From: Salpingoeca rosetta
Taxonomy: Eukaryota > Protista > Choanoflagellata
Direction of reading: 5' to 3'
Length of the DNA: 64,000 nucleotides
NCBI GenBank assembly: GCA_033442325.1
Contig: JAWQFM010000004.1
Coordinates: 2,452,830 to 2,516,829 of the forward strand
Made by a program: the position numbers and the translations under genes. Below the pieces are notes generated by a model. The model ran no database searches and had not been told where the DNA came from. It was given only the letters and a program-made list of their open reading frames with translations. Shown here piece after piece: positions 63,201-64,000 of the stretch (position 1 is its first letter; every line of letters begins with the position of its first letter).

Positions 63201-64000
63201 TGTTGCTTGCATTCCCATGAGCAACCCCTCGCGTAGCCGTTGTTACATGAATGCTGTATTCCAATGCCTTGTACGCACGACCCCTCTTGCACAGGCGCTG
63301 AAGGTGAGCTGTGAATCGTAAGTGAGATTGCACGACAACGAACAAAGAGCGTCAGTCAAGACGTTAAGCGAGTGCTGATATGCGTTTCTCATCACGACTT
63401 ATGTCGAAACATGCCGTTTCTACAGGACTCACAGGACGCCAACACAAATCAGGGCGCACTGGCACACCAAGTTTCAAACTTGATGGGGGACCTTACAGCA
63501 TACTCAAGCAAAGATGCAATTAACGTCAAAGAGAAACTGTCATTTCGTGTGGTATGTTTGCTGTTGCCTGGCGCTGCCAAAGTTTGCCGTGTTGTGCTTG
63601 TATCAGACGTATGCTGACATCCTGTTTGCTCATATATCACGACAGGGCGACTACACCGAGGACAAACAACAAGATGCGGCAGTTAGTTGTTCCGTCCATA
63701 CACAGACATGGAGTTTGCATGACATGTTCCTTCCTGGCAGTCTCATAACGACCACTCACAGTCGTTGCTATTTTAGGAGTTCCTTGGGGATCTTTTGGGG
63801 GCACTTTGCATCGCACCACAGGTATCACGTCCACTGAAACACGTGAAGCCAGTTGAGTTTGTCTTCCCTAAATTGTATGTGTGCAACCTCATCTTTGTAT
63901 TCTGCTCATGCATCTCATGAACTTGGTGTGGTTGTAGGTCGCCGACGCGGAGCTTTGTTCCAAATGTGGACACACCTTGTCGGTATCAAGGTCCCATACT
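60206..64000 (+). CDS. OLD-family ABC-ATPase + TOPRIM nuclease fused to a USP (peptidase C19) deubiquitinase domain; 1-nt frameshift at ~61556; runs off the window
   Basis: Walker A LIGPSGSGKT, signature MSGG, Walker B/D-loop VLLLDEPG, H-loop QLIIATH, TOPRIM YFSRTVVLLEGKT, IVSMQG, RDFD, and late HFVFPPDTADIEGIF. Then the USP Cys box SNPSRSRCYMNAVFQCL (Cys at 63241), spliced QQDAA|EFLGDLLGAL, and CSKCG. Confidence 0.85.

Overview
Eukaryotic genomic DNA. It is GC-rich and intron-dense, with (CA/GT)n microsatellites filling most introns and several N gaps. The style and gene content suggest a choanoflagellate such as Salpingoeca rosetta (inference). Most ORFs in the supplied track are artefacts of the microsatellites. 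Left to right: the 5' part of acetyl-CoA carboxylase (-); a NUDCD1-like gene (+); a 5S rRNA gene (-), followed by a ~13.8 kb non-coding spacer with a 63/75/107-bp subrepeat array that leads into the 5' end of 18S rRNA (+); a secreted beta-propeller-repeat gene with a frameshift, plus a decayed paralogue; a PHF12-like PHD/PHD/FHA gene; a bacterial-type NnrD fragment; a microsatellite-free island with a SAM/helical-NACHT-WD40 NLR-like gene and a divergent orphan; a head-to-head ppGalNAc-T (GT27) / core-1-like GT31 pair; two small genes; XPF/ERCC4 with a structured ~120-nt intronic element; a small basic protein; and a rolling-stone-like membrane protein. The most striking feature is at the right end: an OLD-family ABC-ATPase/TOPRIM nuclease (a prokaryotic anti-phage architecture) fused to an intron-containing USP deubiquitinase domain. 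All family assignments come from motif recognition by eye; no searches were run.
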